DNA from: an uncultured Acidobacteriota bacterium | GTDB taxonomy: Bacteria > Acidobacteriota > Terriglobia > Acidiferrales > UBA7541 | NCBI GenBank assembly: GCA_963761945.1 | Contig: CAVXIM010000019.1 | Span: 263,933 to 327,932 of the forward strand | Length of the DNA stretch: 64,000 bases | Reading direction: 5' to 3' | Part shown: piece after piece, positions 40,005 through 49,467 of the stretch | How positions within the stretch are numbered: the stretch's first letter is position 1 | How the letters are laid out: every line of letters begins with the position of its first letter | Notes under the pieces: model-generated | What the model was told of the DNA's origin: nothing | Databases searched by the model: none | Seen by the model: only the letters and a program-made list of their open reading frames with translations | Translations under genes and position numbers: made by a program

Positions 40005-40247
40005 ATTGTATCGAACCCTTTAGCCATCAAAAAGTTGCGGGTTAAGGCATGGGTTCCAGACGTGCCAACGGCCGCTCGAGGTATCCGTATCCTCTTGAAT
40101 TTATTGGCCCAAGAGGGGCTCGGCTGGGCGGCGAAGTTAAGCGTCGAACCGGCAGCCGCCACCGCCGGCAGGACACGTCAACTCGGAGGGCGGACCGAAC
40201 CAGGACACGGTCGAGCCTTCGTCTTGTAGTAGACTTTTAGTCTCGCC

Positions 40248-40942
40248 ATGTACTGTCCGCTTTGCGGTGCAGAATATCGACCGGGCTTTACAGTTTGCTC
40301 GGACTGCCAGGTCAGCCTCGTGCCCGATCCGCCAAGTGAATCGCCCAGTGAATCGGCCGACTCTGCGGCTACGGGAGGCACGTCGTTTGCGCCGGTTTGG
40401 TCGGGGAGCGATACGCGCAAACTCGCCGAAATTTGCGAGGAATTGGACCGTCAAAAGATTCCCACGCGTACGCTGCGCCGCGAAGACCGCCTCTTTAATC
40501 CGACGGCGCATGCACCCTTTGAGGTGTATGTACCCATCGACCGCATGACCGCGGCGCGGAAAGCCATCAACGAAGCAGACCCCGCCGAAGATGACTCGGA
40601 ACCGATCTCAGAGTCTGATTCTCTCGAAATTCCCGCCGAAGAGGGCTCGCCCGATGACGATGGAGATGACGGTTACGAGGACGAGCGCGGGGAGCTTCGA
40701 AACCTCGATCCAGAAGACGCAACGGCCGAAATTTGGTCTGGCGACGACGTTGATCTGGCCGCCATGATCACATCATCGCTGCGAGAGAACCACATTCCAT
40801 ACCGTTCGGACTCCGATACTCCCGAGCCACAAAGCGACTTCGGAGGAAATGTCTTCTACCAGGCTTTTCGTGCTTTCCGGGGGATGAGAAGCGGGCGAAA
40901 GAGATCGTTCGCGAGATCGTCGACGCCGCACCGCCTGACTGA
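40248..40942 (+). pseudogene. Zinc-ribbon + tandem DUF2007-like domain protein; frame break at G5 run 40879-40883
   Basis: 'MYCPLCGAEYRPGFTVCSDCQ', then two similar modules ('VWSGSD...IPTRT...VYVPIDRMTAARKAINEA' and 'IWSGDD...IPYRS...'). With one extra G the frame continues 'FRGDEKRAKEIVREIVDAAPPD*' and ends at 40942. Confidence 0.45.
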
Positions 40943-41043
40943 GAGCGGCTTCGCGCTCAATTCGGAATCGGGATCGAGCTCACCTTCCCGCGGCACGGCC
41001 AGGACAATGTGTCTGGCTATGGCTTAATTAATTCCAGCAGGCA

Positions 41044-42027
41044 CTAACAAAGGCGCGCGTTGGCGACGCGTTCGAGAATCCGGTAGGGCGCCGACTCCGG
41101 CGCCACCAGGGCTTCCGGTGGAATCAGCAGCGTCTGCTCCATCGCGTATTGTCCGGACATCGCGGCGTGGGCCACCCCATCGGTAAACACTATCCAAGTA
41201 GCGAGTGGAGGAAATTCCAGCAGCACCTTGGGAGAATTGCGCTGAAAGTCGTCATTCTCTTTCAGGTAATCATGGAACCGGAGCATAAAACGGTCATACG
41301 GCGTACGGCTCAGGCGCTTCAACCCCAGCGTCGCGGCCCACCGCGACACGTTGCGCCGCAGCGCGCCATTTTTCGCGGCGAATCGCCGCACACCTGCGCT
41401 GCCCGCGTAGTTTTCCGCGAGCCAGCCGAAATCGCCGATCGCGTACCACACGCGCGGCTTCGTCGCGTGCAGATTGGTAAAGACGCGCAGTATGCGCCCG
41501 CCGCGCGTCGGCCGCAGCCGGAACGCGTCCACGTGCAGCAGGTCGTTACGTTTGTGCAGGGAGAGGTCGCGGCCCTCTTCCTCGAAGGGGCGAAAGCTGG
41601 CGAAATCCAGCTTCCATTTCCCGGCATAAGGGCGCAGAAAATCGCGCAGAAACTCGATCACGTGCGCGCTGTAGTTTCGCAGGATGTGGTGCAGCTGCGT
41701 CTGGGTGCCATGATCGCCGGAAAATCCGCGCATCACGTCGTCCGCCGGCCGGTAGGAAACGTTTTTGTGCAGCCGCAGTTCGTTCCATTCGCGCGAGAGG
41801 AGAAATTCGCGTTCGTCCGAAGGAAATTCGTAAGGCAGCCTGGGGAAAAAGAGAATCCTGCCGGCTTCGAGTTCGCGGCAAAGCGCCTGCGCGCGGGCAT
41901 CCTTATCGGCGGAATTTCCGGAGCCCGTTCCGCCAGCCGTCCAGCCGCCCGGAAACTTGTAATCTTCCACCGCGATGCAGTTTGCGTTCTGCATTCCTGC
42001 CGTCATTCCAGTGTAGGGCTTGGTCAT
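41044..42027 (-). CDS. kdoO: Kdo 3-hydroxylase-like Fe(II)/2-oxoglutarate dioxygenase
   Basis: 'LEAGRILFFPRLPYEF', 'KNVSYRP', 'ASFRPFEEEGRDLSLHKRNDLLHVDAFRLRPTRGGRILRVFTNL..PRVW', 'WIVFTDGVAHAAMSGQYAMEQT'. The HxD...H iron ligands are present. The match to the family is from memory. Confidence 0.75.
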   Translation of the reverse strand: MTKPYTGMTAGMQNANCIAVEDYKFPGGWTAGGTGSGNSADKDARAQALCRELEAGRILFFPRLPYEFPSDEREFLLSREWNELRLHKNVSYRPADDVMRGFSGDHGTQTQLHHILRNYSAHVIEFLRDFLRPYAGKWKLDFASFRPFEEEGRDLSLHKRNDLLHVDAFRLRPTRGGRILRVFTNLHATKPRVWYAIGDFGWLAENYAGSAGVRRFAAKNGALRRNVSRWAATLGLKRLSRTPYDRFMLRFHDYLKENDDFQRNSPKVLLEFPPLATWIVFTDGVAHAAMSGQYAMEQTLLIPPEALVAPESAPYRILERVANARLC

Positions 42028-42384
42028 TTATGCATAGGGCGCGGGCAGGCCCATTTCTTTGCGGTGCGCGCGCATTTCCGTCTGCGCGTGCGTGCGGATG
42101 CGCAAATTCGAGCGCGCTTTTGCAGTGCACAGCAAAATGTATCCTGCCGCGCGGTCCTGAGGATAGTAGCTAACCGCATCGCTGGGATCAAATTCACCGG
42201 GCTCGGCGAGTTTGCCGGCGCAGGTCAAGCATCGTCCCTGATGGCAAATCGCCGGCAGGTTGATGCCGGCGGCCTTGGCTTCGTCCCAGATGTGTTCGCT
42301 TGCCCGTGCGCGGATCCTGCGCGGGCCATATGGCGTCACCAGAGTTACGTCGAAAGATTGATCCTGCAACGCGCCGTCCTTCAT
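42028..42384 (-). CDS. Plant-type [2Fe-2S] ferredoxin with C-terminal extension
   Basis: 'CHQGRCLTCAG' (Cx4Cx2C) with a fourth Cys in 'ILLCTA'. The start is set at MKDGAL (42384). The TAA stop abuts the kdoO ATG (TAAATG). Confidence 0.7.
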   Translation of the reverse strand: MKDGALQDQSFDVTLVTPYGPRRIRARASEHIWDEAKAAGINLPAICHQGRCLTCAGKLAEPGEFDPSDAVSYYPQDRAAGYILLCTAKARSNLRIRTHAQTEMRAHRKEMGLPAPYA

Positions 42385-42623
42385 TTCGCCTTGGCGTGCG
42401 GCCTGTGCGCCGTTCCTTCTCCGGGCATGTGAGAAACGATGATGACGGCAGCGCGGCAAACAAGCAAGGGTGGCGGGGAACTGGCGTTGCGCACCAGCAA
42501 GCCCATCGAGAGAACAAGCGGATTTAGCCGGCATCCACAGACTCCTTCGTCTGTGGATGCCGGCAGAGAAGTTGGCGTACTCAGGCCAAGGTCCCCGGTA
42601 AGGGGATTGGCCGTTAAAGAAGC

Positions 42624-43238
42624 TCAGGGATTGTAGAAGTGCGCATTCTTGCTGTACGGCGCTTCGCCCGGCGTGCCGCGGCGGAAGTGACCCGAGGGGA
42701 TCGACTTGCCGTCACGTTCGTGCGCCAGCAATTCGATAAACCAGGCCTCGTGCTCGATCTCCTCATTCAGAATTCGCGAAGCCATATCGTAGGTGCGCGG
42801 ATCCTTGCCGAAGGTCAAGTCGCAGATTTCGATCCAGCTGCGAATGGCGCAGCGCTCGGATTCGAGCAGCAGCGTCAGGATATTGACCGCCGTAGGGGGA
42901 TCGGGCAGCTTGGCCGCCACGCAGCCGGCCTGGTCATGGAATGCTTTCAGGTCATTGGGCAGCTCGCCGCCGAGTTCGTAAATGCGCGGAACGATGAGCT
43001 CCCAGTGGGCGCGATCTTCCAGGCGCGCATCCTCGCAGATCTCTTTGTAATCTTCGTGGCCCGCGAGGTGCATGCGCAGGATCGTATAGTAATAATAGGT
43101 GCTGGCAAACTCCGCCGCCGCGTTGGCGATCAGCATTTTGATCAGCTTCGGGACGTCCACGCCGCGCGCGCTAATCACTTCCACGCCGACGCGTTGCGAA
43201 ACGTCGCCATATTTCACAACTTGCTTTTTATCGGCCAT
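42624..43238 (-). CDS. Ferritin-like (Dps-like/DPSL-type) di-iron protein
   Basis: Four-helix ExxH-type patterns '[10 protein letters not shown]' and '[11 protein letters not shown]'. It is divergent from oxyR. The start is set at MADKKQ. Confidence 0.55.
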   Translation of the reverse strand: MADKKQVVKYGDVSQRVGVEVISARGVDVPKLIKMLIANAAAEFASTYYYYTILRMHLAGHEDYKEICEDARLEDRAHWELIVPRIYELGGELPNDLKAFHDQAGCVAAKLPDPPTAVNILTLLLESERCAIRSWIEICDLTFGKDPRTYDMASRILNEEIEHEAWFIELLAHERDGKSIPSGHFRRGTPGEAPYSKNAHFYNP

Positions 43239-43293
43239 CGTTCTAGCCCTCCAAAGCACCGAGGGTAGAGTTTCTCAATGCCAAGGTCTAATA

Positions 43294-43315
43294 TATGAAT
43301 TCTATGGAATTCATA
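43294..43315. promoter_or_regulatory. 9-bp inverted repeat, candidate OxyR/LysR operator
   Basis: TATGAATTC-TATG-GAATTCATA contains CTAT/ATAG half-sites. It lies in the 140-nt gap between the ferritin-like start (43238) and oxyR (43379). Confidence 0.45.
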
Positions 43316-43378
43316 GGTGAAACACATCGCAGCGCGCGCGGGACTTTCTAACCCTTCGCCGAAGCTCAGGTAAACGGA

Positions 43379-44275
43379 ATGGAATTGCATCAATTGCGAT
43401 ATTTCTGCGCCGTCGCTCGCGCCGGAAACTTCACACGCGCGGCCGAAGAACAGCACGTCGCGCAGCCATCGCTCTCCCAGCAGATTCGCAAACTCGAGGA
43501 CGAACTCGGCGCCAAGCTTTTCGATCGCTTCCCGCGCTTCGCGCGTCTCACCGATTTCGGCAAAGCCTTTCTGCCCAAAGCGGGCGAGATTCTGCGCCAG
43601 GTGGGCCAGGCCCGCACCGAGATTCAGGAGATGTCGCAAACCGCAGTTGGCACAGTCATCGTGGGCGCGATTCCCACCATCGCACCTTATTTTCTCGGCC
43701 CCGCGCTGGCCCGCTTTGCCAGCCTCTATCCCGCCGTGTCCATCAGTGTGGTCGAAGAGATCACCCCGATTCTGCTTGACCGGCTGCACAACGGCCACGT
43801 AGATGTGGTGGTCCTGGCGCTGCCGGTTCGCGGCGAGGAACTCCTGTCTGAGGAACTCTTTCGCGAACCTCTTTTCGCCGCCCTCCCGAATGGACACCGC
43901 CTTGCAGCCCGGCGGTCGCTGGCGCTCAGCGAGATCCGCGAAGATCCGTTTCTTCTGCTCAAGGAAGGCCATTGCTTCCGGGAAAATGCGCTTTCGGCGT
44001 GCCGCAGATCTCGGGTGAGCCCCAATGTGGTCTTCGAAAGCGGCCAATTCTCGACCATTGTTTCCATGGTGGCGACCGGTATGGGGGTCTCCGTCGTCCC
44101 TGCGATGGCCGTGGAGCGGCATCCCGGATGCAAATTCGTACGCATCAGCGATGAACGCGCGGTCCGTATAGTCGGCCACGCACAATTGAAGCACCGCTTC
44201 AAGACGCGCGCGCAATGCGCCTTGACCGACGAGTTGCGGCGCTATGCTCATACGCACCAGCCGGGAGTCGAGTGA
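43379..44275 (+). CDS. oxyR: LysR-family peroxide sensor OxyR
   Basis: wHTH 'LHQLRYFCAVARAGNFTRAAEEQHVAQPSLSQQIRKLE'. The redox pair sits in 'GHCFRENALSAC', with two Cys 9 residues apart as in E. coli C199/C208. Confidence 0.75.
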   Translation: MELHQLRYFCAVARAGNFTRAAEEQHVAQPSLSQQIRKLEDELGAKLFDRFPRFARLTDFGKAFLPKAGEILRQVGQARTEIQEMSQTAVGTVIVGAIPTIAPYFLGPALARFASLYPAVSISVVEEITPILLDRLHNGHVDVVVLALPVRGEELLSEELFREPLFAALPNGHRLAARRSLALSEIREDPFLLLKEGHCFRENALSACRRSRVSPNVVFESGQFSTIVSMVATGMGVSVVPAMAVERHPGCKFVRISDERAVRIVGHAQLKHRFKTRAQCALTDELRRYAHTHQPGVE

Positions 44276-44432
44276 TTCTGCCCGGCGCGGTAGAGCGATT
44301 CCGGATTATTGCATCGGAGGCGCATCAGAGGAGCGTCGAGCCTTGCGGCTCTTGCCGAAAAAAGGTAAGTTATTGGCGTTTTCCTTCGTACGTACACAGG
44401 CGCGCAGTCTCGTCTCTGGGCGGGAATAAATC

Positions 44433-46832
44433 TTGCGCATAGCCGATTCCCAAAATGGTCAACCCTTGCCTTCAATCGTAACCAGATCAGGCGAACCAAT
44501 GGGTGTGCCGCTGACCAATGGTCAGGGCCCGCGAGAGAGGCCCGTCTTCTGGCGCGTAGAGGGCAGCCTCGCGTATTTGACGGCTGTGCGCCCAGTCGCC
44601 TACTTCACCTGGAATGCGCATACCTTTGCCGAGCGATGGGCGCGGCGCGGAGGTCTTTTCCTGGAGGCCTTGGCTCGCCCAGCCTTGTACGCAACCCACA
44701 GGGTAATGGCGACTAGAATCCTGCACGCCCTCTTGCGGGGCGTGACTCGCGACCGCCTGGATCTGCTTGGCGAAGAGTATTTTCAGTATGTACTCAAGGG
44801 CCAGCTCCGGCCCGAAGGCGTGGCCAAGCTGGGCGAGTGGCTGGCCCAGCATGGGCAAGTCGTCCTGGTGAGCCAGGGCTTGGATCACGTCATGCGGCCG
44901 CTGGCGCTGCACCTGGGAATCGAGAGGCTGGTCGCCAACCGGTTGGAGTTTCGCGATGGAATTGCCACGGGCCGCTTGCTTAATCCTGTGATTCGACCAA
45001 GAGGCCCATTGGCGGCCCTCACGGGCGGGCAAGCTGATGGGCGCGTTAGCGTCGAGCAATTGCTTCGCGACCTGGGCCTAAAGCAGCATCCAGATCAACT
45101 CGCCGAAGCAATTTTTTCGGCGGAAAGATCGTCTCCTCAAAACCATAATCCTCTGGTCGTTTTTGAAAGGCATGCGGGAAGACCTCTGTCGGTGCGCCAG
45201 GCCCTCAAAGGTAAGCAGGTTTTGCTTGTGGGCGTCACCGGCTTTATCGGCAAGGTTTGGCTCGAGCATGTTCTGTCCGAAATTCCTGAAATCGGCAAGC
45301 TCTATTTGCTGGTCCGGCGGCAGCGGAACACCACGTCGCGTCGCAGATTTGAAAAGATCGTGGAAGCCTCTCCGGTCTTCGACCGGCTCGAAAAGCGCTA
45401 TGGAACTAACCTGAACGCGTTTTTAGCCGAAAAAATCGAAGTCGTGGAAGGCGATGTGAGCCTGCCCGGACTTGGCCTGGACGACAAAACGCGGGCCCGC
45501 CTGGCTCGCGCGATCGATCTGGTGGTGAATAGCTCGGGCCTGACGGACTTCAATCCCGATCTGCGCGACGCCTTGGCCAGCAACGTCGAGCCCGCCGCGC
45601 ATCTGATCGAGTTCCTTCGTGCATCCGATCATGCCGCGCTTCTGCACCTTTCCACGTGTTACGTCGTAGGCGCCCGCGACGGCCGCGTCTCCGAAGATCT
45701 GAAACCGAATTACACGCCGGCAAATGACAAGGATTTCAATATCGAGCGTGAATGGAATTCCCTGCAGGAATTGGTGCGCAAAGTCGAAGAGCGCGCTAAC
45801 AGCCCGGAAGTGGAAGCCGCACTTCGGCGCCAGGCGCTCGGCCGTCTGCATGAGAACCAGCGGCCGCCCGGACGCGAAGTGGACACTCTGATCCGCAAAA
45901 ACCGTTTGCGCTGGATACGAAACCGGCTCACGCGCGCAGCAACACGACGCGCACGAAGACTCGGCTGGCCCAACACTTACACGTTCAGCAAGAGTCTCGC
46001 GGAATCCCTCCTGGCAACGCGAGGCGCGGGTCTGCCCATCGCGGTGGTGCGCCCCTCCATCGTGGAGACCTCCATCGATCAGCCCTTTCGAGGATGGAAT
46101 GAGGGAATCAATACTTCCGCGCCTCTCTCCTACCTGCTGGGGACGTATTTCCGCCAGCTGCCCTCCAATGAGCGCAAACGCCTGGACGTGATTCCGGTGG
46201 ATATGGCCTGCCGAGGCATGACGCTGATCGCCGCGGCCCTGGTCGAGCGGCGTCACAAGCGGCTCTATCAATTGGCTACATCGGCGAACAATCCCTGCGA
46301 CATGGGGCGCTCCATCGAACTGACCGCGCTTGCCCATCGCAAGCACTACCGCGCACAGCAGGGCCTGGAGCACTGGGTACGCATGCGGTTTGACTCCATC
46401 CCTGTATCCAAACAGCGCTATCGGAAATTATCGGTGCCGGCGCAAAAGGTGGTCGTGCAAGGCATCAACCGGGCGGCATCGGCTCTCCAATTCAAGCGGC
46501 CCCCACTGGCCAAAGCAGAGCGAGAGCTGGAGCGCGTCGAGAAACTCATCGAGCTCTACGAGCCTTTCATTCTGCACAATGAGCAGGTTTTCGAATGCGA
46601 CAACGTGCAATTGCTCTCCGCTCTCCTGCCGCCGGAAGAGCGCGAGCAATTCGGCTATGAGCCGGGAATCATCGATTGGTGGGACTATTGGATCAATATC
46701 CATATTCCGGCGCTCCGCAAATGGTGTTATCCGCTGATCGAAGGCCATGCCGTGGAAAACGTCCCACGCCGCGAGTTCCACCTGCCGGACGCGGGGGATG
46801 GGCCGTCGCAAATTGACGCCAGCGGCAGCTGA
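44433..46832 (+). CDS. Degenerate HAD-IB-like domain fused to a fatty acyl-CoA/ACP reductase (NAD_binding_4 + FAR C-terminal domain)
   Basis: Reductase part: '[19 protein letters not shown]', 'HLSTCYVVG', '[11 protein letters not shown]' (YxxxK). In the N-terminal ~230 aa, 'VFWRVEGSL' stands where HAD proteins carry DxDGT. The start is uncertain (44433 TTG or 44499 ATG). Confidence 0.65.
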   Translation: MRIADSQNGQPLPSIVTRSGEPMGVPLTNGQGPRERPVFWRVEGSLAYLTAVRPVAYFTWNAHTFAERWARRGGLFLEALARPALYATHRVMATRILHALLRGVTRDRLDLLGEEYFQYVLKGQLRPEGVAKLGEWLAQHGQVVLVSQGLDHVMRPLALHLGIERLVANRLEFRDGIATGRLLNPVIRPRGPLAALTGGQADGRVSVEQLLRDLGLKQHPDQLAEAIFSAERSSPQNHNPLVVFERHAGRPLSVRQALKGKQVLLVGVTGFIGKVWLEHVLSEIPEIGKLYLLVRRQRNTTSRRRFEKIVEASPVFDRLEKRYGTNLNAFLAEKIEVVEGDVSLPGLGLDDKTRARLARAIDLVVNSSGLTDFNPDLRDALASNVEPAAHLIEFLRASDHAALLHLSTCYVVGARDGRVSEDLKPNYTPANDKDFNIEREWNSLQELVRKVEERANSPEVEAALRRQALGRLHENQRPPGREVDTLIRKNRLRWIRNRLTRAATRRARRLGWPNTYTFSKSLAESLLATRGAGLPIAVVRPSIVETSIDQPFRGWNEGINTSAPLSYLLGTYFRQLPSNERKRLDVIPVDMACRGMTLIAAALVERRHKRLYQLATSANNPCDMGRSIELTALAHRKHYRAQQGLEHWVRMRFDSIPVSKQRYRKLSVPAQKVVVQGINRAASALQFKRPPLAKAERELERVEKLIELYEPFILHNEQVFECDNVQLLSALLPPEEREQFGYEPGIIDWWDYWINIHIPALRKWCYPLIEGHAVENVPRREFHLPDAGDGPSQIDASGS

Positions 46833-46837
46833 TCTAC

Positions 46838-48016
46838 ATGGCTATCTTTCTTACCGGCGCAACCGGATACATCGGATCGTACCTGGCAGCGGGACTCCTC
46901 GAACAACACGGCGAAACCTTGAATCTTCTGGTTCGGGCAGAAGATACGGAGGAAGCACAACACAGGCTGTGGCACTCCATGCAGCTGCACTTCGATTTTC
47001 CGGCCTTCCGCGAGCACCTCTCTGCGCGCATGCGCATTTTCTGCGGCGATCTGACTTCGCCGCGCTTTGGCCTGAATGACGAGCAATACGATTTGCTGGC
47101 CGCGACCACCGATTCGGTGTTGCATTGCGCGGCCTCGCTCAACCGCAAATCGGAAAAAAGCTGCTTGAATGTAAATTTGCGCGGCACGCTCGAGGTGGTT
47201 CAACTTGCGCGCCGCGCTCATGACGCGCATGGGTTGCGGCGGTTCAGCGAAGTAAGCACCGTGGCGGTCGCCGGCAGGCGCAGCAACGAACTTGTCACAG
47301 AAGACGGCGCCATCGATTGGGAGCGTTCCGATTACGATCCCTACGCGCGCACCAAGAAATTCGGCGAGCACATGGTTCGGGAACTGCTTCCGGACGTTCC
47401 GCGCACGATTTTTCGGCCGAGTATCGTGCTGGGAGACAGCCGCCGCGCGGAAACCACGCAATTTGACATGGTGAAGGCTTTCGTCTTCTTAGGCAGGCTG
47501 CCAGTGCTGCCGTTTCGCGCCAACGATTGCGTGGATATTGTGCCCGTTGACTACGTGGCAGACGCAATTGTGACCTTGCACCAGCATCCTCATCCGAAAC
47601 ATGAGATCTATCACCTATCTTCGGGGGTGAATTCTGAAAGCTTTCGAGAATTGACCGCGGCACTGGCGGCGGCTCGCGGAAAAATGAAGCCGTTATTTTG
47701 GCCTGAGTTGGAGGCGCCTTTCCGCGGAATTGTGGAGCGGCTCGCCCGCCGCCGCGACAATCTGGGTTACGCTGCTTCCCTGCTAAAGGTATTCTTGCCG
47801 TATCTCGTGTGGAACACGGTTTTCGATAATACGCGCGTGGTGGCTGAGTTGGGGCGCGCTCCCGCGCCCTTCTCCTCCTACTGTTTTCCACTATTTCGCT
47901 TTGCCAAAGAGAACCGATTCCGTTATCCCTATCGCGACTGGCCGAAGGGATCGGAGACAATGACCGCCGCTAATACACGTGCCGAACATTCCGTCGCCGG
48001 AGGATCCCAGCGATGA
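46838..48016 (+). CDS. Thioester-reductase-type SDR (stand-alone R domain)
   Basis: '[21 protein letters not shown]', 'VLHCAASLN', '[12 protein letters not shown]', '[10 protein letters not shown]'. Confidence 0.6.
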   Translation: MAIFLTGATGYIGSYLAAGLLEQHGETLNLLVRAEDTEEAQHRLWHSMQLHFDFPAFREHLSARMRIFCGDLTSPRFGLNDEQYDLLAATTDSVLHCAASLNRKSEKSCLNVNLRGTLEVVQLARRAHDAHGLRRFSEVSTVAVAGRRSNELVTEDGAIDWERSDYDPYARTKKFGEHMVRELLPDVPRTIFRPSIVLGDSRRAETTQFDMVKAFVFLGRLPVLPFRANDCVDIVPVDYVADAIVTLHQHPHPKHEIYHLSSGVNSESFRELTAALAAARGKMKPLFWPELEAPFRGIVERLARRRDNLGYAASLLKVFLPYLVWNTVFDNTRVVAELGRAPAPFSSYCFPLFRFAKENRFRYPYRDWPKGSETMTAANTRAEHSVAGGSQR

Positions 48017-49449
48017 TGGATTTCGTGCTGGAGGCGTGGGTCAGCCTGTTGATCGAACGAGCCAAACTCGAGTGGATTCTCGGCTTCGGCCGCGCACGGC
48101 GCCCCGGAGAGCGCCTGAAACTGCTGCTGGCCTGCTATGCCGGCGCGCGCAACACCGGTTCCGATCTTCGGGTAGAAGAAATGATCCGGCAAATTCGGCA
48201 TGTCCTGGGTGCGGAACGGGTGGAGCTGAGCGTCACAACGCAGAATTTTGATTTGACGCGAGGTTATTTTCAAGGCGCCACGCAGGTAAAGCTGCCAGAC
48301 GTCTTCCCCGGTTTTCTTTATCGTCAGGTGCGCAAGAACGACGGCGCCATCGCGTGCGAGGGCTCCATGTTCAAAAGCACGTGGGCGGATGCGTTGACGA
48401 CCATGATGGTGGGGAGTCTAGGGCTCGCGGTGGCGCAGAACAAGCTTTCGGTGGGTTACGGCGGAGATGCGGATCGCATGAACCCGATGCTGGCATGGAT
48501 GTGCCGGCGGTATTGCCGGCAGTCGTTCGTGATCGCGCGAAGTTCGGGATCACAGGCGGTGCTTCGCGATCAAGGCATTCCTGCGGAACTGGGCACGGAT
48601 ACAGCCTGGACGTTTGAGTCAAATCAGCCTGAGTTCGGGCGCCAAGCGCTTCACCAGGCCGGATGGGATGGAGTCACACCGGTGCTCATCGTGTGCGCCA
48701 GCGATCCTTTCTGCTGGCCGGTGAAGCCTTCGCTGGTGAAATATCTGGCGCGTGTGCTTACGGGCGCCTACAAGAAGAGTCAATATCGCACGATCTATTT
48801 TCACAAGGCCGGTCCGGAGGTCGACGCTGCATTGAACCGCATGCTCACGGGAATGAGCAAAGCGGTGAACGCCTTCCGGCAAAGGCACAAAGTGTTCCCC
48901 GTCGTGGTGGGCACCGAACAGATCGACAAGAATGCCTGTCTGGAAGTTGCCAGGCAGCTCGGAGGCGTGCCCGTATTCACGTCGGATATGTATGACATGC
49001 ACCAATTGGTGAGCATTCTGCGCGCAGGCCACATGATGGTCTCTTCGCGTTATCACGCCATCGTCACCACGATGCCAAGTTTGGTGCCGTCAGCCGGTAT
49101 AGCCATGGACGAACGCATTCGCAACCTGATGGAGGAGCGCGGCCATGTTGACCTTATGGTTGGCGTTAACGATCCCGAACTCGAGACCAAGCTGATCGCC
49201 GCGATGGAGAGGCTGCGCACCGATGCGGACTCTATTCGCGAGGCCATGGGACGGACGGTAGTACAGAATCTCAAACGGATGGCGCGCATGGGCGTATACC
49301 TGGAACGCGTCGTGCACGAACGCTATCCTGAATTTCCCATCCAGGGCGGCATAAGAAGCTGGGAGGATTATCTTCCTCCGTTGAATCCTGCGCTGAGGCA
49401 ATTAGTGGAGCTATACGACAGCCGGACGCAGGCAATGGCGGCGAACTAA
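48013..49449 (+). CDS. Polysaccharide pyruvyl transferase-fold protein
   Basis: '[27 protein letters not shown]' and '[32 protein letters not shown]' resemble the CsaB/WcaK family. The call is by eye. Confidence 0.5.
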   Translation: MMDFVLEAWVSLLIERAKLEWILGFGRARRPGERLKLLLACYAGARNTGSDLRVEEMIRQIRHVLGAERVELSVTTQNFDLTRGYFQGATQVKLPDVFPGFLYRQVRKNDGAIACEGSMFKSTWADALTTMMVGSLGLAVAQNKLSVGYGGDADRMNPMLAWMCRRYCRQSFVIARSSGSQAVLRDQGIPAELGTDTAWTFESNQPEFGRQALHQAGWDGVTPVLIVCASDPFCWPVKPSLVKYLARVLTGAYKKSQYRTIYFHKAGPEVDAALNRMLTGMSKAVNAFRQRHKVFPVVVGTEQIDKNACLEVARQLGGVPVFTSDMYDMHQLVSILRAGHMMVSSRYHAIVTTMPSLVPSAGIAMDERIRNLMEERGHVDLMVGVNDPELETKLIAAMERLRTDADSIREAMGRTVVQNLKRMARMGVYLERVVHERYPEFPIQGGIRSWEDYLPPLNPALRQLVELYDSRTQAMAAN

Positions 49450-49467
49450 AGAGTAGCGAGAATTCGA

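Noticed and set aside
40005-40247. Autoregulated ECF promoter (GGAAC ... CGT) upstream of the sigma gene
   Set aside because: A 'TGGAAC' exists on the minus strand (~40052-40057), but no convincing -10 (CGTC/TCTRA) lies at 16-17 nt spacing.
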